Shown here one piece after another: positions 8,809 through 16,880 of a DNA stretch of 64,000 nt. Where the stretch lies: positions 838 to 64,837 of the forward strand of contig CAZNCN010000006.1 of NCBI GenBank assembly GCA_964571635.1, read 5' to 3'. The stretch is from an uncultured Ruminococcus sp. Its GTDB lineage: Bacteria; Bacillota; Clostridia; Oscillospirales; CAG-382. The position numbers and the translations under genes were made by a program. Positions within the stretch are counted from its first letter, which is position 1. The number at the start of each line of letters is the position of its first letter. The notes beneath the pieces were generated by a model, which saw only the letters and a list, made by a program, of their open reading frames with translations, searched no databases and was not told where the DNA came from.

Positions 8809-11800
8809 ATGTTCAGAAGAATGATCGCACTGCTGCTCGCCATGACGTTTTTGACGTCTGCCGTTTTGCTTGTTACCGCAGGCTCGCAGGATAAGCCCGT
8901 CATCGGCGGCGTATATCTGTTCGATGCCAAGGATGCCGACAGCGCCGAAATAAACGGCACGGCACTTGAGTTTGCAAAGCCGTCCGATACAAACATAACC
9001 GTCACCATAGTGTGCAGCGGCATAGATTATCAAAACAACGTCGTTATGCTCGGAGACAAGAGTATAGGCGTGCTTTCGAACGGCGAGAATGTTTTTGCAT
9101 TGAATGCGTCCGAGCTCGGCACAGACAGCGAATTGCTCATTGTTTTGCATCCCGGCTCTCCTTCGTCTGTTCCCGAAGCGGCAGAGAAGGTCTATGGCAC
9201 ATATAACATCGACGATATGGTCGTCGAGTCCGTCACAGTCAAGGTCGGATATTCAGATGCGACATCACCGAGCGGAGTGAACAAATATATGCCTATAGTC
9301 GGTTCGGCAGGCACTTCCACGGTGCAGGGCACATATTCTGCCTCGATAGCTGTCGGTGACGGCTGGAACGCCTCGACAAATCAGGGCGGCAGCACTCCCG
9401 ATGTGCCTATCAAGTTGGGATACACCTTCAAGAATGTTAATTTTAATGCCAATGCTTTTTTGATTGATACCGCAAAGCTTGCCGACGGCGAATATGATGT
9501 CGTCATGAAAAAAGGCGGCAAGACAGCCTACACCGTTCCGGTTGTTGTCGACAACACCGCACCATCGATAACTATTGCGTGCGTCGATGGCGTGATAAGC
9601 TATACGGCAATAGACAGATCAAAATGCACAACAAAGGCGTGGATAGACGGCGAAGCGGTCTATCGCACGAGCTATGAATTTGAGACGCTGACAGTCGGCG
9701 AACATTGCCTTTATGTCGTTGCTACGGATTCATGCGGCAATTCCGCTTCAAAGACCTATCTTTTCAGTGTCACTCACGAAGCACCCGTGCAGAATACATA
9801 CTATTGCAGAGGCGACAATGTCGCAAAGATCAACGCATACGGCAACAGATTGGGCGAGATCGGCATGAGCGGACTGCGCAGCGACAGCGAGGTGCTTATA
9901 CCGCTCACAGGCACAGTCACCGAATCTGTCGGCAATTCAGTGCCATATCAATCGTTTGTCATCGAAACAGGCGACAGCAAGCAGGCGATAGTCACTTATA
10001 CAGGCGAAGTATCCGGGGCTTCGATGATAGAGCTTTCGGTCTATGACCGTGCAGAGCAAAAGTGGGTCACGATAGGCTATGCCGCAAGCGGTGTCGAAAG
10101 CTCGTTTATAGTCGACACCGAAAACCGCACCGAAAACGGACTTTTGCGTGTCAGAGCGATGCCGTACCTCATCGGTAACGGCTCTGATACGGTGGCTTGG
10201 ATATCCGACACGCAATATATGACCTCGTTCGAGGATCTGAACTACCTCTATGAGGGCGCAATGAATTATTGCAAAGAGCAATATAAAAACAACAATCTGT
10301 CATATGTCCTGCATACCGGTGACCTCGTCGACAACACGATATACGGTGACGAGCTGGCACACAGGGAGTTTGCTTTTGCCTCGCGTATGCAGCAGATACT
10401 CGACGATGCGGGCGTTCCCAACGGTGTCGTCAGCGGCAACCACGATGTCTGCCACAGGGATGCGGATTATAAATATTATTCAAAATATTTCGGTGCAGAT
10501 AGATATCTGGGCACTCCCTGGTACGGCGGACAGATCAAAAACAACACATCGCATTATGACCTCGTGACTGTCGGCGGCTATGATTTTATCTTTTTGTTCC
10601 TCGGCTGCTATGACGAAGCAGGCGACGACGTGATAGCCTGGGCTGATGCGGTGCTCAAAAAATACAGCGACCGCAATGCAGTCATCTGCACTCACGAATA
10701 TCTGCTCTGGTCGGGACATTTCAGCGGCAACAGAGCACCCGTCATCTGGGATAAGCTCGTTGTTCCCAACGAAAATGTCAAAATGGTCCTGTGCGGCCAC
10801 AACGAGGGCGTTTGCAATCAGTGGCGCAAGGTCGAGGGCACAGACAGAATGGTCTATGAGATGCTTGCCGACTATCAGTTTGCAGAGCTCGGCAACGATG
10901 TTCAGCATGTCATCAACAACTGCACCTGCGACGGCGAGGGCTTTATGAGGCTGCTTTCGTTCGACAATGACGGAACGATGAACGTCGTCACATATTCTCC
11001 CGCACTCGATGACTATGATTATTATGCATCGTATCTCGACTCGTTCAGCGTCAAGCTTGAGCTGATACAGCCGAAAAGGTCTATCAAGACCACCGACATC
11101 AGAGTCGGTGTCAATATCGCAAAGACACAGACCTCGGACGGCAACGCCGATGTGAATATAGTCGTCAATGAGGATGGCTCGGTCAGATCGGCAAGATACA
11201 CCTCAAAAGAGAAATTTGAATATCCCACAGAGGCCGACGACAGAGATTATTCTCTTGCCGAGGCGATAAGCCGCGGAGAGGGATATCAGGGCTATAAGGG
11301 GGTCGCACCGACGCTCAGATTTGGAATTTCGGGCGATTATTCTGAGCTTGAATACCTCACAAAGCTCGACCTGGTGCCAAAAAACTTGTCAAGATCGTCA
11401 GGTAGCGTCGATTATCTCTTGACAAAATCCGATCATGGTATTAATATAACATATAGTGCAGACTCATTGTCGTGGACGACCCTGCGCGGCAACGTTTCGA
11501 CGGCAGGCACTGACATAAGCAAATACAGCAGGCTTTATTTCTCGGTGACACCGAGCAGCATGTCAGCCAAATGGAATCTGCTGATCTACATCGACGGCAA
11601 AGAAATCGGTCTGTCGCAGGTGCTTTATGAGAATTTCGGCTTTGACAAGTCGAATATCCCCAGCGATCTCACAGGTGCATGGTCGGGATATATCGACCTT
11701 TCGGATCATCTCAAGAGCACATCACGCATAACTGCCGTTGCGTTCGTCGCCGCATCAGAGAAATACGACTATTCGTTTGATTATCTGTTTTTAGCGTCTG

Positions 11801-12204
11801 CCGACGAGAGTGACGAGCTTACCTGCGTTGTCGACAGCAACCGCACGTTTACCGTCACAGGCAAAAAGGGTGATAAATTTACGATCGACACGATTCCGTA
11901 TAGACCCGGATATGTCTTTAAGGGCTGGTTCGCAGACGCAGAGTGTACAACCGTGGCATCGCTTCCGTCTGTCGGCGCTGTCTATGCAGGCTATGATGAG
12001 GCGGATGCAAGGCTTGTCAATGCCTATTATTCAGACGAGGTCACGCTCGTGGGCGAGACAAAGACTTCAAGCGCAGTCGGCTCTGAATTATATGTGATCG
12101 TCGCCGTGCTGTTTGTGTTGGCGGTCGTTGCAGTGGCTGTGCTGCTTGGCAAAAAAATTGAAAATAAAAATAAAAATCTATATCAAGAGGAAAATTCACA
12201 ATGA
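8809..12204 (+). CDS. Large secreted, C-terminally membrane-anchored calcineurin-like metallophosphoesterase
   Basis: Signal peptide; motifs SDTQ, HTGDLVD, GNHD, THEYL, CGH; late InlB-B-like repeat (PYRPGYVFKGWFAD); C-terminal TM plus basic tail; GGAGG RBS. Confidence 0.85.
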   Translation: MFRRMIALLLAMTFLTSAVLLVTAGSQDKPVIGGVYLFDAKDADSAEINGTALEFAKPSDTNITVTIVCSGIDYQNNVVMLGDKSIGVLSNGENVFALNASELGTDSELLIVLHPGSPSSVPEAAEKVYGTYNIDDMVVESVTVKVGYSDATSPSGVNKYMPIVGSAGTSTVQGTYSASIAVGDGWNASTNQGGSTPDVPIKLGYTFKNVNFNANAFLIDTAKLADGEYDVVMKKGGKTAYTVPVVVDNTAPSITIACVDGVISYTAIDRSKCTTKAWIDGEAVYRTSYEFETLTVGEHCLYVVATDSCGNSASKTYLFSVTHEAPVQNTYYCRGDNVAKINAYGNRLGEIGMSGLRSDSEVLIPLTGTVTESVGNSVPYQSFVIETGDSKQAIVTYTGEVSGASMIELSVYDRAEQKWVTIGYAASGVESSFIVDTENRTENGLLRVRAMPYLIGNGSDTVAWISDTQYMTSFEDLNYLYEGAMNYCKEQYKNNNLSYVLHTGDLVDNTIYGDELAHREFAFASRMQQILDDAGVPNGVVSGNHDVCHRDADYKYYSKYFGADRYLGTPWYGGQIKNNTSHYDLVTVGGYDFIFLFLGCYDEAGDDVIAWADAVLKKYSDRNAVICTHEYLLWSGHFSGNRAPVIWDKLVVPNENVKMVLCGHNEGVCNQWRKVEGTDRMVYEMLADYQFAELGNDVQHVINNCTCDGEGFMRLLSFDNDGTMNVVTYSPALDDYDYYASYLDSFSVKLELIQPKRSIKTTDIRVGVNIAKTQTSDGNADVNIVVNEDGSVRSARYTSKEKFEYPTEADDRDYSLAEAISRGEGYQGYKGVAPTLRFGISGDYSELEYLTKLDLVPKNLSRSSGSVDYLLTKSDHGINITYSADSLSWTTLRGNVSTAGTDISKYSRLYFSVTPSSMSAKWNLLIYIDGKEIGLSQVLYENFGFDKSNIPSDLTGAWSGYIDLSDHLKSTSRITAVAFVAASEKYDYSFDYLFLASADESDELTCVVDSNRTFTVTGKKGDKFTIDTIPYRPGYVFKGWFADAECTTVASLPSVGAVYAGYDEADARLVNAYYSDEVTLVGETKTSSAVGSELYVIVAVLFVLAVVAVAVLLGKKIENKNKNLYQEENSQ

Positions 12205-13055
12205 CAAACACAATTAAAAAGTTTATCTTTGCGGCATTGGTCGTCATAATGGTCGTATCGATGCTTCCCGCAGTTTCGGCTGCAGGCTCTGCGAGCCTCA
12301 GAGTGAGCGACACCGTGCTCGAGGGTGAGACCTTCACCTTTAGAGTTACCGTCGACAACATCAGCGATCCCAAGGGCGTTGCAGGCGTCCAGTTCAATGT
12401 TATCTATGACAAGAACGTTTTTGAGTTCGTTTCGGCAAAGCACACTGTTCCCTCGACTTGGAACACCAGCGACAGCAATGCTTACGAAGACCTTTCGATA
12501 CTCGTAGAAAAAGGCAACTATCTCTGTGCACACGTTTCGATAGCACCGGGCAAGGGTGCAAAATCCGGCGAGCTTTATACCGATTTCACCTTCAAGGTCA
12601 AGGGTGCGGCAGACGGCAAGACCATCAAACTCACTGATATCTCGATCTCGAGCGATGAACTCGAAGAGATCTATAAGGGCAGCGATATTTCGTTCAAGGT
12701 TGTTACCGCATCCAATCCCGATGTCAGCAACGAGCCCTCTGATGATCCCTCCGACGAACCCTCGAACCCCGACGAGAGCAGCGACCCCGAAGCTTCTGTT
12801 CCCGATGGCGACGATGATCCCTCCGACGAGCCCTCGAGCTCTGACGAGAGCAGCGAGCCCGACGCATCTGTCGAGCCCGACACTTCCGCATCCGACGAGA
12901 GCAAAGAGCCTGTTTCGGGCGATGCTTCGAGCGAAGAGTCCTCAAAGGGCGAAGAAGTCAAGGATGAGAGCGGTTTCCCCTGGTGGATAATCATTGTCAT
13001 TGCAGTTATCGCCGTCGGCGTTGCAGTGTTCTTTATCATCAAACGCAAGAAATAA
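12201..13055 (+). CDS. Membrane-anchored single-cohesin protein with acidic Pro/Ser/Asp/Glu stalk
   Basis: Signal peptide; cohesin-like GETFTFRVTVDN..GVAGVQFNVIYDKNVFEFVS..FTFKVK; PSDEPS-rich linker; TM then KRKK; ATGA overlap with the upstream gene. Confidence 0.8.
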   Translation: MTNTIKKFIFAALVVIMVVSMLPAVSAAGSASLRVSDTVLEGETFTFRVTVDNISDPKGVAGVQFNVIYDKNVFEFVSAKHTVPSTWNTSDSNAYEDLSILVEKGNYLCAHVSIAPGKGAKSGELYTDFTFKVKGAADGKTIKLTDISISSDELEEIYKGSDISFKVVTASNPDVSNEPSDDPSDEPSNPDESSDPEASVPDGDDDPSDEPSSSDESSEPDASVEPDTSASDESKEPVSGDASSEESSKGEEVKDESGFPWWIIIVIAVIAVGVAVFFIIKRKK

Positions 13056-13174
13056 GATAAAAACATCGATCCTTAATGCTTTGTGTCAGTCGCAAGATTG
13101 ACACAAAGCAATCTTTGTGATAAGCAGCCGTTTTGGCATCAAGGGTCGATTTTGACAGTTAAGAGGAGCATATT

Positions 13175-14557
13175 ATGGCAAAATACGATGTCGCCGTCAT
13201 CGGCGCAGGCACCGCAGGCATTTATGCCGCATACGAGCTTATAAAATTAAAGCCCGAGCTCAACATCGTCGTGCTCGAGAGCGGACGCGATATTTACAGC
13301 AGGGGCTGCCCTATAGTTGCAGGCAAGGTCAAGACCTGCATCGGCTGCAAGCCGTGCGCAATAATGTCGGGCTTTGGCGGCGCAGGCGCATTCTCGGACG
13401 GCAAATATAATTTCACCACTGAATTCGGCGGCTGGCTCGGCGATTATATCGGCAAGCAGGAGCTCATGCAGCTCATCGACTATGTCGACGACGTCAACGT
13501 TTCATTCGGCGCTACCACCGAGGTATTTTCGACAGATACACCCGAGGCACGAGCACTCGAAACAAAAGCGCTCGGCTTCGACCTGCACCTTTTGCAAGCA
13601 AAATGCAAGCATCTCGGCACAGAACGCAACAGGCAGATTTTGGCGAATATATACGAATTCCTCCGCAATAAAGTCGAATTCAGATTTCTTACGCCTGTCG
13701 AGAGCATAGATGTCGCAGACGGTGGCTATCTGCTTACGCTCAGGAACGGTGGCGACGTGCAGTGCAAGGTCTGTATCGCTGCACCCGGCAGATCGGGCTG
13801 CGCATGGTTCACCGGTATCGCAAAGCATCTCGGATTGCCCACGGTCAACAATCAGGTCGACCTCGGTGTCAGAGTTGAATTGCCCGCAAAGGTCTTTGAG
13901 CACATTACCGATGTCGTTTACGAATCAAAACTTATATATCGCAGCAACCTTTACGGTGACAATGTGCGTACGTTCTGCATGAATCCGCACGGACAGGTCG
14001 TTGCCGAAAACGTCGACGGACTTATCACCGTCAACGGACACAGCTATGCTGATCCCGCACTTCAGAGCGAGAATACCAACTTCGCTTTGCTGGTTTCGAA
14101 TAGATTTACAGAGCCATTCAACTCGCCCAATGACTATGGCCACCATATCGCTTCGCTGTCGAATATGCTTGGCGGCGGCGTTCTGGTGCAGCGGTTCGGC
14201 GATCTTGTTCGCGGTATGCGTACCAACGAGCACAGGCTCAGTCACTCGACCACACGCCCCACGCTCGCCGCAACCCCCGGCGACCTCTCGCTGGTATTGC
14301 CCAAGCGCCATATGGATAATATCATCGATATGATCTATGCGCTTGATAAGCTTGCACCCGGCACGGCGAACTATGACACTTTGCTTTACGGCGTAGAGGT
14401 CAAGTTCTATTCGGCACGTGTTGAGCTTGACGATAAGCTCGAAACCAGACTGCCCGGACTGTATGCGATAGGAGACGGCGCAGGCATAACCCGTGGACTT
14501 GCGCAGGCAGGTGCCTCGGGCATCAAGGCAGCAAGAGCAGCCGCAACCCGACTTTAA
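13175..14557 (+). CDS. NAD(P)/FAD-dependent oxidoreductase
   Basis: IGAGTAG Rossmann motif, GFGGAGAFSDGK, RTFCMNP, GDGAGITRG. Confidence 0.88.
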   Translation: MAKYDVAVIGAGTAGIYAAYELIKLKPELNIVVLESGRDIYSRGCPIVAGKVKTCIGCKPCAIMSGFGGAGAFSDGKYNFTTEFGGWLGDYIGKQELMQLIDYVDDVNVSFGATTEVFSTDTPEARALETKALGFDLHLLQAKCKHLGTERNRQILANIYEFLRNKVEFRFLTPVESIDVADGGYLLTLRNGGDVQCKVCIAAPGRSGCAWFTGIAKHLGLPTVNNQVDLGVRVELPAKVFEHITDVVYESKLIYRSNLYGDNVRTFCMNPHGQVVAENVDGLITVNGHSYADPALQSENTNFALLVSNRFTEPFNSPNDYGHHIASLSNMLGGGVLVQRFGDLVRGMRTNEHRLSHSTTRPTLAATPGDLSLVLPKRHMDNIIDMIYALDKLAPGTANYDTLLYGVEVKFYSARVELDDKLETRLPGLYAIGDGAGITRGLAQAGASGIKAARAAATRL

Positions 14558-14577
14558 TGCATATTAAAAATGATTAC

Positions 14578-14613
14578 AAAAAAGGCTCTGCACATCATGT
14601 GCAGAGCCTTTTT
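14578..14613. terminator. Bidirectional intrinsic terminator
   Basis: AAAAAAGGCTCTGCACA-TCA-TGTGCAGAGCCTTTTT between convergent genes. Confidence 0.9.
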
Positions 14614-14621
14614 AACTCGCC

Positions 14622-16049
14622 TTATCTTATGTTGTATGTCTTTTGAATATGACGCTTTACGGCAAAATAGTCTGCCGGCTGAGCACCGCTCGTGCTGAGT
14701 ATCTGTGATGCGAGCAATGCGTTTTGCTCAAGCGTTTGCGTGCCGAGATAGGCTCGCTGTATCATGATGGCATCGGCAACTGTTATCCTGCCATCGCAGT
14801 TGACATCACCCTTGACGATCACCGTCGCCGATGTGATGAGCTGACCGTTATACCAAAGTTCGGCGATCATTCCGGTTGCGACAAGTGCATCGTCGCCGAT
14901 GCGTGAGCCGCCGGAGGTGATATGTATCTCGCCACCCATATAGTCGCTTATGCTTTTTGCGGCGGTATCGGCAGGGATTCCGATTATAAAGCCGCCTTTT
15001 AAAGCCGTTTTTGAATCTTTGAATGTAAATTCGGGCGTTTTGCCGACAGTCAGCGACTTTGAAGCGCCGACACCTGTCAACAGTCTGAGGTCTGCGGCAT
15101 AGGCGGTACATTCGGCATACGGCACAGAAAAGCTTGCCGATGCTTCGGCATTCCCGACGACCTTGAACGGGATCTGCATAACTATGCTTTGCCCTATCGG
15201 CAGGCAGTCGGCTGAAGCTGTTCCGCCGTTTGGAGCAACGAGCCTTATGCGGTATCTGCCGTCTGCCTCGTGTCGGCAGAGCTGCTGCCAGCCTGTCGGG
15301 GCAGAAACGATAAATGCATCCATAGCATCGTCCGTGTTGTCTGTCAGTGTTGCCTGCAGGGACGAAGCGGAATATTCGAGCAATAATTCAAACGCCGCAA
15401 TTCCGTCGGCGGCTGTTTTGTTGGTGATAGTTAGCGTCATGGCAGTGCTTGTGCCGCTGAGAGCCTCGACACATTCGATGGTGGTAAAAAACTCGCTCTG
15501 CTTTGCCAACGCCGCAAATTTATATTCGCTGCCCTCGGCAATTATCGGCTTTAGGTCGGTGTCAAACGCCAAAACCGATGATTGTGCTATCTTGAATACG
15601 CAGATACCCTCTGAAATTATCTTAAACGGTATCTTGACCACCAGATCTGACGGATCTGTGATGGCGGTTTCGCTCTTGCCGTCGACCCTGGTGCAGAAGG
15701 CGAGGAAATAAACGCCGTTGCCTCTGTATTCGCAAATTTGCTCAAACGACTTTGTGTTTGTGGTCATAAACGAGTCCATGTTAGTGCCGCTTGTCGTGAT
15801 GACAGGCTCAAGTATGCTTGTGTCAAACGACAGCTCGCACTGAAAACCCGAAATCGACTTTGGCAATGCATTTATCTCAAGCGTGAGATAAACCGTCGAG
15901 CCAACCGATGCACCCTCGGGCGCAGACATTTTAAGACTGAATGCGCTGTCTGCCGCTGTGGGAAGCATTGCCGCAAGCATGATAAGGCATATAAGCAGCG
16001 CTGTTATTTTATATTTCGTCAAGTTCCGAAACGATCTTGTAGATGACAC
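14622..16049 (-). CDS. Secreted cohesin-cohesin-X-dockerin protein (adaptor scaffoldin-like)
   Basis: Signal peptide; two cohesin-like domains (ISGFQCELSFDTSIL; GIAAFELLLEYSASSL); C-terminal dockerin KGDVNCDGRITVADAIMIQRAYLG...ADYFAVKRHI; GTG start with AGAAAGG RBS. Confidence 0.8.
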   Translation of the reverse strand: MSSTRSFRNLTKYKITALLICLIMLAAMLPTAADSAFSLKMSAPEGASVGSTVYLTLEINALPKSISGFQCELSFDTSILEPVITTSGTNMDSFMTTNTKSFEQICEYRGNGVYFLAFCTRVDGKSETAITDPSDLVVKIPFKIISEGICVFKIAQSSVLAFDTDLKPIIAEGSEYKFAALAKQSEFFTTIECVEALSGTSTAMTLTITNKTAADGIAAFELLLEYSASSLQATLTDNTDDAMDAFIVSAPTGWQQLCRHEADGRYRIRLVAPNGGTASADCLPIGQSIVMQIPFKVVGNAEASASFSVPYAECTAYAADLRLLTGVGASKSLTVGKTPEFTFKDSKTALKGGFIIGIPADTAAKSISDYMGGEIHITSGGSRIGDDALVATGMIAELWYNGQLITSATVIVKGDVNCDGRITVADAIMIQRAYLGTQTLEQNALLASQILSTSGAQPADYFAVKRHIQKTYNIR

Positions 16050-16875
16050 TTTTTGATACCTTTCTGTCGCGTGCGACCTGCTTGCAGGCGTCCATTTTTG
16101 TTAATCCCATGCTGAGATAATATTTTATGTGCGTCGGAATGTCGGTTTCGTTCCAATCATTCTCGTCCTTTTTTGCACCTTCGACGATGATTATAAATTC
16201 ACCCTTCAAAAACGCTTCGCCACGTGAAAGCACGTCAGACTCAAGCTTTGAGAGCGTGGTGCGCACAAAGTATTCGTTTAGTTTAGTCAGCTCTTTTGCG
16301 AGCACGCACTTGCGGTCGGCGAGTGCGCCGTGTAATTGCTGTATGACCCTGATAAGGTCGTGAGGTGCTGCATAAAAGATCATGGTGCGAGGTTCTGTTT
16401 TGATCTCGTCGAGATATTCCTGCACGCCTTTTTCGGGCAAAAAGCCCTCAAAGCAAAAGCGCCTCGATTCAAGCCCCGATGCCGAAAGTGCGGTTATTGC
16501 GGCACACGGGCCGGGCAGCGGAACGATGGTGATATCACGCTCTGCACACGCCCTGACCAGCTTTTCGCCGGGGTCGCTGACTGCAGGAGTGCCCGCGTCG
16601 GTGATGAGTGCACAGGTTTCGCCCGACAAAATGCGCTCGGCGATCATGTCAATCTTATGCCTGTCGGTGTGCTCGTGATAAGAGATCAGCGGCTTTTTGA
16701 TGCCGAGCAGCATCAGCAGCTTGCCACCGACACGCGTATCCTCGGCTGCCACGAAATCACATTCGCCAAGTGTTTTAATTGCCCGTGGCGAAACATCGCT
16801 CAGGTTGCCGATAGGGGTCGGAACAATATATAATATGCCGTTTTGCAATTTGTTTTGTTCTTGCTCTGTGTTCAT
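16009..16875 (-). CDS. rsmI: 16S rRNA C1402 2'-O-methyltransferase
   Basis: LYIVPTPIGNL, AAEDTR, DAGTPAVSDPG, FEGFLP, ELTKLNE. Confidence 0.96.
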   Translation of the reverse strand: MNTEQEQNKLQNGILYIVPTPIGNLSDVSPRAIKTLGECDFVAAEDTRVGGKLLMLLGIKKPLISYHEHTDRHKIDMIAERILSGETCALITDAGTPAVSDPGEKLVRACAERDITIVPLPGPCAAITALSASGLESRRFCFEGFLPEKGVQEYLDEIKTEPRTMIFYAAPHDLIRVIQQLHGALADRKCVLAKELTKLNEYFVRTTLSKLESDVLSRGEAFLKGEFIIIVEGAKKDENDWNETDIPTHIKYYLSMGLTKMDACKQVARDRKVSKSVIYKIVSELDEI

Positions 16876-16880
16876 AAAAA

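Noticed and set aside
12720-12960. Repetitive GACGAG/CCCTC-rich DNA
   Set aside because: Explained by the PSDEPS protein linker; not an independent repeat element
16219-16232. CACGTGAAA as a parS site
   Set aside because: Only a partial match to TGTTTCACGTGAAACA; left arm not palindromic
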